Assembly: GCA_035295225.1 (NCBI GenBank)
Contig: DATGJI010000016.1
Location: forward strand, 1,243-65,242
Direction of reading: 5' to 3'
DNA length: 64,000 nt
Source of the DNA: Candidatus Eremiobacteraceae bacterium
Lineage (GTDB): Bacteria > Vulcanimicrobiota > Vulcanimicrobiia > Eremiobacterales > Eremiobacteraceae
The translations under genes and the position numbers were made by a program. Numbering within the stretch: position 1 is the stretch's first letter; each line of letters opens with the position of its first letter. Below the pieces are notes generated by a model. That model saw only the letters and a program-made list of their open reading frames with translations. It was not told the DNA's origin and did not search any database. Shown here piece by piece: positions 54,835 to 63,869 of this stretch.

Positions 54835-55190
54835 GGCGATCCCTGGTCGAGCGTGTTGGAGTCTTGCTGCGCCTGCAGCTGGTCGTTTGCCTCGCCGCTC
54901 GCCTGATCGACGCCGGTGGTGTTGCCTTGCGTCGACTTCGCGCTGCTGCCTTGTGCGTCGATTTCCGACTGCGCTTGGATCGCGAGTGCGCAGTCTCCGC
55001 TGCCTTGCTTTTCCGGATGCTGTCCGCAGAACGAGACCATCGCGGTGCGATCGCCCGTATGAGCGACCCAATACTCCACCGTCGTCCTGTCATTGGGATC
55101 GTGCGAAACCGGCGGCTGGAAATAGGACTTCGCAGAATATGCGATGATCGCGACCACCGCGAGGAGACCGATAAAGCTGAAACCCTTCAT
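54831..55190 (-). CDS. small exported protein with pilin-like N-terminal helix
   Basis: MKGFSFIGLLAVVAIIA resembles a prepilin leader/helix but has Gly in place of Glu5. One Cys pair; Gln/Ser-rich tail. Confidence 0.5.
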   Translation of the reverse strand: MKGFSFIGLLAVVAIIAYSAKSYFQPPVSHDPNDRTTVEYWVAHTGDRTAMVSFCGQHPEKQGSGDCALAIQAQSEIDAQGSSAKSTQGNTTGVDQASGEANDQLQAQQDSNTLDQGSP

Positions 55191-55250
55191 ATCTGCGATA
55201 TCGGCACGCCGCCGATAGCTGTCGCACCGATGTGACGGCCGTCACCGCAC

Positions 55251-55372
55251 AGAACGCTATGAAGGGGCGCGATATGAAGGGGCCGGCGCTAGTCGGCCCA
55301 CGCAGAACGATACGAAGGGGCACGATATGAAGTGGCAAGATCCGAAGGGGCCGACGCTAGTCGGCCCAAGCA
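55251..55372. repeat. direct duplication containing GAAGGGGC motifs and two GGGCCG(A/G)C-GCTA-GTCGGCCC hairpins
   Basis: AGAACG(C/A)TA(T/C)GAAGGGGC(G/A)CGATATGAAG...GAAGGGGCCGnCGCTAGTCGGCCCA occurs twice, downstream of pqqE. Confidence 0.7.
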
Positions 55373-55403
55373 GACGTAGCGTAGGCCGACTTGCGCCATT
55401 TTT

Positions 55404-56495
55404 TCATATGCGACGTGGGGTCGACGAGGCGCCCGGCTCGAGGTCGCTGTCGAGAATCGCATCGACGAGTGAACGATGCGGCGAGAGCGAGCAGACCGGG
55501 TCGGTCAGCGCTGCGTCGCCGGCAAGAAGCATGGCCTGACACCGGCACCCGCCTAAATCTATTTCGCGACGCGCACATGAACGGCACGGCTCCGACATCC
55601 ATGCGGTACCGCGATACGCCTGAAACGCGACGGAGTCGAACCAGATCGATTCCAGCGATCGTTCTTTCACGTTGTCAAAGCTCAACGACCCGATGGCGGC
55701 CGCCGCCGGGCAGGGCAGAACGCGTCCGTTCGGCGCGATCGTCAGAAATCGCGTGCCCCAACCGTTCATGCACGGCTTTGGAAATTCGTCGTAGTAGTCC
55801 GCGCGCACATACGTGATATCCATCGTGCCGCGCAGCCGGATTTGCGCCGCGGCCACCGACGCATCGGCCCGTTCCACCTGAGCGCGGGTCGGCACAACGG
55901 TCGAGCGATTGAGATAGGCCCACCCGTACATCTGCGCATTGGCAAGTTCGAGACGCGGTGCTCGAACGGATTCGGCAAGCGCGATCATATCGTCGACGGC
56001 ATCGATGTTCGCGCGGTGCAGCACGCAATTGACAGTGAGTGCGAAGTCTTGGCGCTTCACGATCCGTCGCAGCGCATCAAATTTTCGCTCGTGGACGGCT
56101 GCGCCCGCGATCGCATCGCCCACCGCTGCGTTCGGTGCCTGCAAACTGAGCTGGATGTGGTCGAGGCCGGCGCCGGCAAGACGATCGAGCAGCGGTTCGC
56201 TCAGAAATGTGCCCTGCGTGATGAGGTTGGAATAGAGATCGTTGTCGCGAGCCATGGCGACCATCGCGACGAGGTCGTCGGGTCGGAGCGTGGGTTCGCC
56301 TCCGGAGAAGTGTATCTGCAAGACGCCGAGGTGCGCAGCTTCGCCGATGACGCGAAGCCAGTCATCGATCGCCAATTCGTCGCGATACGCTCCGAGATCG
56401 AGCGGGTTATAACAGTACGCGCACTGCAGATTGCAGCGGTACGTGAGTTCCGCCAAAAGTGAGAGCGGCCGAGATTGCATCGCTTTGGCGGTCAT
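55404..56495 (-). CDS. pqqE: PqqA peptide cyclase (radical SAM/SPASM)
   Basis: LSLLAELTYRCNLQCAYCYNPLDL; ATG 56495 overlaps the pqqD stop (ATGA); C-terminal Cys-rich SPASM region. Confidence 0.9.
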   Translation of the reverse strand: MTAKAMQSRPLSLLAELTYRCNLQCAYCYNPLDLGAYRDELAIDDWLRVIGEAAHLGVLQIHFSGGEPTLRPDDLVAMVAMARDNDLYSNLITQGTFLSEPLLDRLAGAGLDHIQLSLQAPNAAVGDAIAGAAVHERKFDALRRIVKRQDFALTVNCVLHRANIDAVDDMIALAESVRAPRLELANAQMYGWAYLNRSTVVPTRAQVERADASVAAAQIRLRGTMDITYVRADYYDEFPKPCMNGWGTRFLTIAPNGRVLPCPAAAAIGSLSFDNVKERSLESIWFDSVAFQAYRGTAWMSEPCRSCARREIDLGGCRCQAMLLAGDAALTDPVCSLSPHRSLVDAILDSDLEPGASSTPRRI

Positions 56496-56785
56496 TGTTC
56501 GATCGCGATCCAAGCATGATCGGAAAAACGGCCGAGAAGATCGGAGACGTCTTCAGCTGCGTCGACGCCTTGCGTATCGAAACGATCGGCCATGAGCGCC
56601 ACGATATCCGCCACGCTGCGCGACCCGTCGATCGCCGCGACGATCGCGCCGGCTGTCGCCGACAAGTTCACCACTCCCTCGGGCACCAAGAGCACGCTGT
56701 CGGGGCCGACCGTTCGCAGCCTGACACCGGGCCGCAGCCGCGGCACGCATGCGGGATCCACGTCAGCTGCCCGCGCGGACGGCAT
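56492..56785 (-). CDS. pqqD: PqqA-binding chaperone
   Basis: PRLRPGVRLR..VLLVPEGVVNLSATAGAIVAAIDGSRSVADIV. Start ATG 56785 overlaps the pqqC end; ATG 56809 is also possible. Confidence 0.8.
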   Translation of the reverse strand: MPSARAADVDPACVPRLRPGVRLRTVGPDSVLLVPEGVVNLSATAGAIVAAIDGSRSVADIVALMADRFDTQGVDAAEDVSDLLGRFSDHAWIAIEQ

Positions 56786-57491
56786 CGGCTGCGCCTCGCT
56801 CGGTCGCATCGAGGAGCGCCCACAAGACGTCGCACTTGAAGCGGAGCGCTGCGACGCACGCGTTTTGCAGAGCTTGAGTGTCGGCTGCCTCCAAGACCCA
56901 GTCAAGGGTGTAGGCGGCGTCGCGCGGAGCGATGTTCATGCGCGTGCGGAAATATTCGAGTCCACGGGGATCGATCCAAGGGTACCGTTCGCAAAGAGCC
57001 GTGATCCGTCGAGCCATAAGATTCGGCGCGAAGAGTTCGGTCAAGGACGACGCTACCCCCGGCAACCAAGGGCTCGAACGCGCGAAGTTGACGTACGCGT
57101 CCACGGCGAAGCGCGCGCCGGGATTCACGAATCGCTCGGAGAGGACATCACCCTCGTCGAGTCCGGACGCACGGGCAAGCGCGACCCACATCTCGATGCC
57201 GCCTCCGCCTTCTTCCAAGGTACCGTCATGATCCACGATGCGACGGACCCACACTCGACGCTTGTCGCGGTCCGGCAGGTTGGCGAGGATAGCGGCGTCT
57301 TTGATCGGGATGCTCTTTTGGTAGTAGTAGCGATTGTAGATCCAATGATGGATCTGGATCTTCGTCAGGCTCCCCGCATTCATGGCGACCTGAAACGGAT
57401 GGCGGTCGTGGTATCGTTCGGCCCCCACCGCGCGTAATGAGTCGGCGAACGCGGGCTTATCGAGCGCCAAGGTCGAGCTCCATGCCGTCAT
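56763..57491 (-). CDS. pqqC: pyrroloquinoline-quinone synthase
   Basis: LRAVGAERYHDRHPFQVAMNAGSLTKIQIHHWIYNRYYYQKSIPIKDAAILANLPDRDKRRVWVRRIVDHDG. Confidence 0.9.
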   Translation of the reverse strand: MTAWSSTLALDKPAFADSLRAVGAERYHDRHPFQVAMNAGSLTKIQIHHWIYNRYYYQKSIPIKDAAILANLPDRDKRRVWVRRIVDHDGTLEEGGGGIEMWVALARASGLDEGDVLSERFVNPGARFAVDAYVNFARSSPWLPGVASSLTELFAPNLMARRITALCERYPWIDPRGLEYFRTRMNIAPRDAAYTLDWVLEAADTQALQNACVAALRFKCDVLWALLDATERGAADAVRAGS

Positions 57492-58371
57492 CCGGCAGTG
57501 CATAGCCCGCATCGCGCAGAACTCGCGCCTCAGCCGACTGCGGATCGAGCACCGGATTGGAATTGTTGACGTGCGTGCAGTAGCGGTGCGAGCGGACCGC
57601 GCCGTTCACCATCCCAAACGTTTTCAACCATCCGTTCTCGCCGCCGATCGGCGCGTGCCCCATCTGACGCGCAGTCCGTTCTCCGAGTCCATGTGCCGGA
57701 AGCTCGTCATCGCTCCAAAACGAACCATCAAGAAAAACGGCATCGCATCGCTGCGCCGCGGCGACGAGCGCGTCGTTGGGGCGAAGGAACACGGGCGAGT
57801 ATAGCACTCGCGCTTGCGTTGCGGGTTCTTCGATGACGAACGCCGTCGCCGCGCCGCGCGACTCCGCGCCGCCGGCAAACGATGGCATGAGACCGGGCAC
57901 GTCGATAGCCGTGACGCGCAAATCAGGTCCGACATCGGCCACCGACGTCTCATTCAAGGAGGCGTCGAAGACGGACCAACGGCGATCGCCGCGCGCGAAC
58001 GGCGCGAATATCGGATTTGCGCCGGCGAGCGCGTCACGCACCTGAGCACTTGAGAAGATCCGGGTCACCGGGCTCTGACGCAATTCAAGCAAGCCGCCGG
58101 CGTGATCGATATTGGCGTCCGTGAGCAGCACCGCGTTCACCGGTGTTCCGCGAGCGGGCGCGCTGGGTTGTGGCGGCAGAAGTTCCATCTGGCGGCGAAT
58201 GTCTGTGGTTGCGTTGACCAGCAACCAATGATCGCCGTCAGAAGAGACGGCGATCGATGCTTGCATGCGCACGGCCATTTCGCCCGCGCGCGCGGACCGG
58301 CAGTTATTGCAGCGGCAATTCCACTGCGGGAGACCTCCGCCCGCGGCTGTGCCGAGGACGCGAACGATCAC
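57457..58371 (-). CDS. pqqB: PQQ biosynthesis protein B (MBL fold)
   Basis: GTG 58371; VRVLGTAAGGGLPQWNCRCNNC. Confidence 0.9.
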   Translation of the reverse strand: MIVRVLGTAAGGGLPQWNCRCNNCRSARAGEMAVRMQASIAVSSDGDHWLLVNATTDIRRQMELLPPQPSAPARGTPVNAVLLTDANIDHAGGLLELRQSPVTRIFSSAQVRDALAGANPIFAPFARGDRRWSVFDASLNETSVADVGPDLRVTAIDVPGLMPSFAGGAESRGAATAFVIEEPATQARVLYSPVFLRPNDALVAAAQRCDAVFLDGSFWSDDELPAHGLGERTARQMGHAPIGGENGWLKTFGMVNGAVRSHRYCTHVNNSNPVLDPQSAEARVLRDAGYALPDDGMELDLGAR

Positions 58372-58374
58372 CGG

Positions 58375-58464
58375 CTAGAGCGCGGTGGATGATCCGAGAT
58401 AGGCCGTCACTTCCGCGCCAAGCGGCACGTATTCGAATTCGGGTTTTTCCCACGGGCGCTTCAT
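58375..58464 (-). CDS. pqqA: PQQ precursor peptide
   Basis: 29-aa ORF MKRPWEKPEFEYVPLGAEVTAYLGSSTAL with the E-x3-Y cross-link pair in the EVTAY context. AAGGAG 8 nt upstream; the stop lies 3 nt before pqqB. Absent from the ORF track. Confidence 0.8.
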   Translation of the reverse strand: MKRPWEKPEFEYVPLGAEVTAYLGSSTAL

Positions 58465-58567
58465 GCGAGGGTGCTCCTTTGTCAAGCCGTGTCCGGTTCA
58501 CTTACGATGGCAACGCGGCCGGTTCCCGCGTCCCCGGCTGTCGCCAAACATTAGTTCGCCGATACTA

Positions 58568-59530
58568 ATGGATATGAAGCACGTCATACGACACAGCGCC
58601 ATGGCTATCGCGACGAGCGCAGCGATCGCCGCCATGGGGGCGAGCTCCACTGCGAGTCAGCCTTTGGATCACCTCGAGATTTTCTCCGCGGAGGCCGCCG
58701 GTTCGAGCGCACCGGTTCAGACCATAGACTTCTCGGTGGCCGTCCGCGATGTTGCCGTGAACTCGAGGGGAGAGATCATTGTGACCGACCCGGCGGCGGA
58801 TCGCGTCCTCATATTCGCATCGAACGCATCGGGCGCCGCAAAGCCGGCGGCGTCGATCGGCGGCGTCTCATCAACTATTCTCTCTCCGTCGGCCATCGCG
58901 TTTGATTCGCGCGGCGAGCTCCTCGTGGCGAACGAAGGCCGCCAGGGTGAAGGCGCGAGCGTGGCAGTTTTTGCTCCCAAAGCGCGCGGCGACATAGCGC
59001 CGGCTCGCAGGATCGCCGGGCCCGCGACGTCGTTGAGCGACCCAGTCGCAGTCGCGGTCGATTCGCGCGACGAGATGTACGTGATCGATGCAGCAGCACG
59101 CGACGTTCTCGTCTTCGCGCCGGGTGCGTCGGGAAACCAAGCGCCCGCGCGCAGACTCGCGATCGCCGGGTACACCGCACGAGAACTCGCGATCGGAGCC
59201 GATGACCAGGTCTACGTTTTTGCTTCGGACGGCCCTCGCGGAATGGAAGAGATCGCATCGTTTCCGCATGGCAGCGATACTCAAGCACATGCGCCGCTCA
59301 CGGGCAGCGGCGTAAACGGCGCGAACTGGATCAGCGTCGACCGCGCCGGCCTTCTGCATGTGCTGAGTCCCGGCCGCATCTACACTTTTGCGCCGGAGGC
59401 ATCGGGGGACGCGCGACCAGCGAGCGTTCTGAACGTCGATTTTTTTCTGTCAAACTGTTGCGCCCGCATGACTGCGGGCGCGGATGGACGGCTTTACGTC
59501 TACCTGACGGCTTTTCATTGGTCCGCGTGA
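58568..59530 (+). CDS. secreted NHL-like beta-propeller repeat protein
   Basis: ATG 58568; signal peptide; about 6 repeats of the type V.VFA..A.G..AP.R.I.G....L..P.A.A.D..G...V. Confidence 0.6.
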   Translation: MDMKHVIRHSAMAIATSAAIAAMGASSTASQPLDHLEIFSAEAAGSSAPVQTIDFSVAVRDVAVNSRGEIIVTDPAADRVLIFASNASGAAKPAASIGGVSSTILSPSAIAFDSRGELLVANEGRQGEGASVAVFAPKARGDIAPARRIAGPATSLSDPVAVAVDSRDEMYVIDAAARDVLVFAPGASGNQAPARRLAIAGYTARELAIGADDQVYVFASDGPRGMEEIASFPHGSDTQAHAPLTGSGVNGANWISVDRAGLLHVLSPGRIYTFAPEASGDARPASVLNVDFFLSNCCARMTAGADGRLYVYLTAFHWSA

Positions 59531-59533
59531 GCC

Positions 59534-59721
59534 GGCGGACCATAAAGGTCCGCCCTACATCGCGCGGCGGACCATAAAGGTCCGCCCTACATCGCGCGGC
59601 GGACCATAAAGGTCCGCCCTACACCGCGCGGCGGACCATAAAGGTCCGCCCTACATCGCGCGGCGGACGGCGGACCATAAAGGTCCGCCCTACATAGCGC
59701 GGCGGACCATAAAGGTCCGCC
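59534..59721. repeat. tandem array of REP-like family 1 units (6 full copies, 32-bp period)
   Basis: GGCGGACCATAAAGGTCCGCCCTACATCGCGC repeated, with starts at 59534, 59566, 59598, 59630, 59669 and 59701. A 7-nt partial duplication sits at 59662. Confidence 0.9.
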
Positions 59722-59727
59722 ATACCA

Positions 59728-60204
59728 TTACATGTTGAGCATTTTCTTGAGCGCCGGTAGTCCGCCGCAGTACGCCATGTGCGTGGCATGCGACACGTAA
59801 AACGCGTGGATGTCGTAGTGCGGGAAAGGCATGCCCGGGTGACCGTGCGGCAAGAAGTCTATGTCGACGTGGTTGATCGCGTATCCGGGCAAGGGCTTTA
59901 ACACTTCATCCCAGCTCTTGCCCGCTGCGAAATCTTTCGGAGTCAGCATGATTTCGGTGAAGACCGGCTTGCCTCCATAGACTCCGTAGATCGGTCCGCC
60001 GTTGGCGATGGTCGCGGGGTTGGCCCAGTGCGAGCCCATCGTGGGGATGCACGGTGACATCTGCACGTTGCCGGCCGGAATGAATGACGGTCGCGGGGGC
60101 TGCGGCATCGGGGCCATTGTCGCCATTGTCGCTGCATGCGCGGTCGCAGCGGCGGCGACGAGAGCGCACGCGACGGCGACGCCCGCAAGTCGAAGAGATC
60201 GCAT
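59728..60204 (-). CDS. secreted His-rich hypothetical protein
   Basis: Signal peptide MRSLRLAGVAVACALVAAAATAHA; HGHPGMPFPHYDIHAFYVSHATH. Confidence 0.6.
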   Translation of the reverse strand: MRSLRLAGVAVACALVAAAATAHAATMATMAPMPQPPRPSFIPAGNVQMSPCIPTMGSHWANPATIANGGPIYGVYGGKPVFTEIMLTPKDFAAGKSWDEVLKPLPGYAINHVDIDFLPHGHPGMPFPHYDIHAFYVSHATHMAYCGGLPALKKMLNM

Positions 60205-60400
60205 ACAAAAAACTCCTCACTGAAAAAGGAATTGAGACGCGCGGATAGCGTGCGGACAGCGCGCCATTCGAAACGTCGATGAGCTTAGCTTCTTCGCCGC
60301 ATCGCCGGATTCCGCCCGCCAGTCGGTAAGCAGGGGCCTGCGGAGGCGAAAAAGCGGCGCAGCCGAATCGGCTTCGGGTTGACAGCCGGAGGAATCGAAC

Positions 60401-62395
60401 TTGGCTTCATCGCGCACGGCCGGCCTTTCGGATTTTCGCCTAGAACTCACATGGCGAGGGATCATACTCGGCGCCGCGATCACGCTCGTGTTCACGGCGG
60501 CGAACGTCTATCTTGGACTGAAAGTCGGACTGACGTTCGCGTCATCGATCCCGGCGGCCGTCATTTCGATGGCGGTGCTTCGCGCATTCAAGAACGCGAC
60601 GATCTTCGAGAACAACATCGTGCAGACCGTCGCATCGGCGGCCGGAACGCTTTCCTCTATCATATTCGTCCTGCCCGGACTCGTCATGGTGGGCTGGTGG
60701 ACGGACTTTCCGTATTGGGAATCGTTTGCCGTGTGCGCGATCGGCGGAGTTCTCGGCGTGATGTACAGCGTGCCGCTGCGCCGCGCACTCGTGACACAAT
60801 CGGACCTGCCGTACCCGGAAGGCGTCGCCGCCGCGGAGGTTCTGAAAGTCGGCGTCGGATCACGCGGCGCCACGGACGAATCCGTGGACGAGAACAAGAA
60901 AGGCCTCGTTGCGCTCGCTGTGAGCGCAGTTGTGTCGGCCGGCTACGCCGCGATCGTCGCGACGCGCGCGTTCGCCGACACGATCGCCGGATATTTTCGA
61001 GCCGGCGCCGGCGCGACCGGGTTCGGTATGTCGATGTCGCTCGCGCTCTTGGGCGCAGGCCATCTCATCGGCTTGTCGGTCGGCCTTGCGATTCTCACCG
61101 GCCTTGTGCTCGCGTGGGGCGTTCTCACGCCGGTCTTCGCTGCACTCCACCCGCCAACCGGCCTGACGGCGGCCGCGGACATCGCGCTCGACGTTTGGCG
61201 GCACCAGGTGCGCTTCATCGGTGTCGGCACTATCGGGATCTCCGCGATCTGGGCGATCATCCAGCTCGCAAAGCCCGTCTACACAGGTATCGTGTCGTCG
61301 ATCGCGTCGTCGCGACGGCAGGCAGCCGGCGGCGCGGCCGCCGAGTCGCTGCCTCGGACCGAGCGCGACCTGCCGATCGGAACGGTCGCGCTGATCAGCG
61401 TCGCGTGCTTCGTCCCCCTCGCGATCCTGCTCGCGATCTTCTTGCAAGGAAGCGCCATCGCTTCATTGACCGTGCCGCTCGTCATCGCCGGCCTGCTCTA
61501 CGTGATCGTCGCAGGGTTCTTCGTCGCCGCGGCGTGCGGCTACATGGCGGGTCTCATCGGGTCGTCGAATAGTCCCGTGTCGGGCCTCGGCATCTTGAGC
61601 ATCATCGGCGCCGCGCTGCTCCTGCTCGTCGTCGCAAGAAGCACCGGCCCAGCCGGAGCCCCGGCACTCGTGGCGTTTGCGCTATTCGTCACGGCGGTGC
61701 TGCTCAACGTCGCGACGATCTCCAACGATAATCTCCAAGATCTGAAGACCGGACAATTGGTGGATGCGACGCCCTGGCGGCAACAAGTCTCGCTCATCGC
61801 CGGCGTGTTCTTCGGCGCAAGCGTCATCCCGCCGATCCTTCACCTGCTCGGCCAGGCATACGGGTTCGGCACCGGACCTCACGCGCTGCCCGCGCCGCAA
61901 GCGACCCTCATCTCGACGCTGGCAAAGGGCGTGATCGAAGGACAGATCCGATGGGACCTGATCGGCATAGGCGTGCTGATCGGCATCGCCGTGATCATCG
62001 TCGATCTCTTGTTGAAGCGGACGAAAGGCCGGCAACTTCCACCGCTGGCAGTGGGTCTTGGGATCTACTTGCCCGCGACGACGACGTCGGCTGCCGTGCT
62101 CGGCGCCGTCGTGGGCTGGGCGTACAATCGCTGGGTGGCAAAAGGCCCGAACGCCGACATCGCGCGACGCATGGGCGTCTTGATCGCGTCGGGATTGATC
62201 GTCGGCGAAAGTTTGTTCGGCGTGCTCCTTGCCGGGGTCATCGTCGCAACGGGCAACGCGACACCATTCGCCCTATTCGGCGACTCATTCCAAAATATTG
62301 CGACGATCATCGGCGCGGTCGCGTTCGCGGCCGCAGTCTACCTGCTCTATCGCTGGTGCGCGGGCTTGGCTCGCGGCGTTCGGTCGTCACTATAG
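60401..62395 (+). CDS. OPT-family oligopeptide transporter
   Basis: TTG 60401; LTWRGIILGAAITLVFTAANVYLGLKVGLTFASSIPAAVISMAVL; about 16 TM. Confidence 0.85.
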   Translation: MASSRTAGLSDFRLELTWRGIILGAAITLVFTAANVYLGLKVGLTFASSIPAAVISMAVLRAFKNATIFENNIVQTVASAAGTLSSIIFVLPGLVMVGWWTDFPYWESFAVCAIGGVLGVMYSVPLRRALVTQSDLPYPEGVAAAEVLKVGVGSRGATDESVDENKKGLVALAVSAVVSAGYAAIVATRAFADTIAGYFRAGAGATGFGMSMSLALLGAGHLIGLSVGLAILTGLVLAWGVLTPVFAALHPPTGLTAAADIALDVWRHQVRFIGVGTIGISAIWAIIQLAKPVYTGIVSSIASSRRQAAGGAAAESLPRTERDLPIGTVALISVACFVPLAILLAIFLQGSAIASLTVPLVIAGLLYVIVAGFFVAAACGYMAGLIGSSNSPVSGLGILSIIGAALLLLVVARSTGPAGAPALVAFALFVTAVLLNVATISNDNLQDLKTGQLVDATPWRQQVSLIAGVFFGASVIPPILHLLGQAYGFGTGPHALPAPQATLISTLAKGVIEGQIRWDLIGIGVLIGIAVIIVDLLLKRTKGRQLPPLAVGLGIYLPATTTSAAVLGAVVGWAYNRWVAKGPNADIARRMGVLIASGLIVGESLFGVLLAGVIVATGNATPFALFGDSFQNIATIIGAVAFAAAVYLLYRWCAGLARGVRSSL

Positions 62396-62451
62396 GTTCA
62401 GGAAGGACCGGACACCCCGACTGACAAGACTCGGGCGAGAAGATAAAGGAG

Positions 62452-63573
62452 TTGGCGATGAGCGGAGTGCGGGTGCTTGTTGGAACGCGCAAAGGCGCAT
62501 TTGTCATGACATCGGACGCCAAGCGAAAGAGCTGGAACATCACCGGTCCGCATTTTGCCGGGTGGGAGATCTACCACGTCAAGGGTTCACCCGCAGACCC
62601 AAACCGCTTGTACGCGTCGCAGACGAGCGGCTGGTTCGGGCAAGTGATGCAGCGTTCGAACGACGGCGGCAAGACTTGGGAACAGGTCGGCGGCAAATTC
62701 GAATACGAAGGCATACCCGGCACGCACCAGTGGTACGACGGAACGCCGCATCCGTGGGAATTCAAACGTGTCTGGCATCTTGAACCAGCTCTCGATGATC
62801 CCGACACGGTGTATGCGGGCGTGGAAGACGCCGCGCTGTTCAAATCGACGGACGGCGGGATGACGTGGAAGGAGCTCGCCGGTTTGCGCGAGCACGACAC
62901 CGGCAAGCACTGGCAGCCCGGCGCAGGCGGCATGTGCTTGCACACGATCATCATAGACCCGAGGAATCCAAAGCGCATGTTCGTCGCGATCTCCGCGGCG
63001 GGCGCGTTCCGAACCGAAGACGGCGGCGTGACGTGGCGGCCGGTGAACCGGGGCCTGCGATCGGCGCAGATCCCAGATGAGGACGCCGAAGTCGGACACT
63101 GCGTGCACCGCATCGCGATGCACCGGTCGAATCCCGATGTGCTGTACATGCAGAAGCACTGGGACGTCATGCGCAGCGACAATGGCGGCGATTCGTGGCA
63201 AGAGGTCAGCGGCAATCTGCCGACCGATTTCGGATTTCCGATCGACGTGCACGCGCACGAGCCGAACACGATCTTCGTCGTGCCGATCAAGAGCGATTCC
63301 GAGCACTATCCGCCTGAAGGCAAACTGCGCGTCTATCGCAGCCGGACCGGCGGCAACGAGTGGGAGGCGCTCACGAACGGTCTGCCGCAGGAGAATTGCT
63401 ACGTCAACGTGCTGCGCGACGCGATGTCGGTGGACTCGCTCGATTCGTGCGGTGTGTATTTCGGAACCACCGGCGGACAGGTCTATGCGTCCGCAGACGC
63501 CGGCGACAGCTGGGCGCCGATCGTGCGAGATCTTCCAGCCGTGCTCTCAGTGGAAGTGCAAACGTTCTCATGA
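62452..63573 (+). CDS. BNR/Asp-box repeat beta-propeller protein
   Basis: AAGGAG before ATG 62452. Five Asp-boxes: [40 protein letters not shown]. No signal peptide. Confidence 0.8.
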   Translation: MAMSGVRVLVGTRKGAFVMTSDAKRKSWNITGPHFAGWEIYHVKGSPADPNRLYASQTSGWFGQVMQRSNDGGKTWEQVGGKFEYEGIPGTHQWYDGTPHPWEFKRVWHLEPALDDPDTVYAGVEDAALFKSTDGGMTWKELAGLREHDTGKHWQPGAGGMCLHTIIIDPRNPKRMFVAISAAGAFRTEDGGVTWRPVNRGLRSAQIPDEDAEVGHCVHRIAMHRSNPDVLYMQKHWDVMRSDNGGDSWQEVSGNLPTDFGFPIDVHAHEPNTIFVVPIKSDSEHYPPEGKLRVYRSRTGGNEWEALTNGLPQENCYVNVLRDAMSVDSLDSCGVYFGTTGGQVYASADAGDSWAPIVRDLPAVLSVEVQTFS

Positions 63574-63869
63574 TCCGGGTCGTCCTACCGACGCATCTGA
63601 AGACGCTGGCAAACGTCTCTGGCGAAGTGAAACTCGACGTTCCAGGCGCGACGGTCACTCAGGCGGCGGTTCTCGACGCGCTCGAAGCCGCCTATCCCAT
63701 GCTGCAAGGAACGATTCGAGATCACGGCACGCTCAAGCGGCGGGCGTTCGTCAGGTTCTATGCGTGCGAACAAGATCTATCGCACGAACCGGCCGACTCG
63801 CCGCTTCCTGACGAAGTCGTAGAAGGCAAAGAGCCGTTTCTCGTCGTCGGGGCGATGGCCGGCGGCTAG
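63570..63869 (+). CDS. MoaD/ThiS-like ubiquitin-fold protein ending in Gly-Gly
   Basis: ATGA overlap with the BNR gene. 99 aa, [10 protein letters not shown]...[19 protein letters not shown]-stop. Confidence 0.7.
   Translation: MIRVVLPTHLKTLANVSGEVKLDVPGATVTQAAVLDALEAAYPMLQGTIRDHGTLKRRAFVRFYACEQDLSHEPADSPLPDEVVEGKEPFLVVGAMAGG

Noticed and set aside
59534-59721. Regularly spaced repeats that look like a CRISPR array at first glance.
   Set aside because: The period is only 32 bp. The spacers are an invariant 11-nt CTACATCGCGC rather than unique 30-40-nt sequences. There are no cas genes, and the same unit occurs singly elsewhere. It is a tandem REP-like array, not a CRISPR array.
60379-61572. 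The 397-aa plus-strand ORF overlapping the OPT transporter in another frame.
   Set aside because: It consists of RRRR/RGR runs. The OPT frame has clear TM helices and family motifs.
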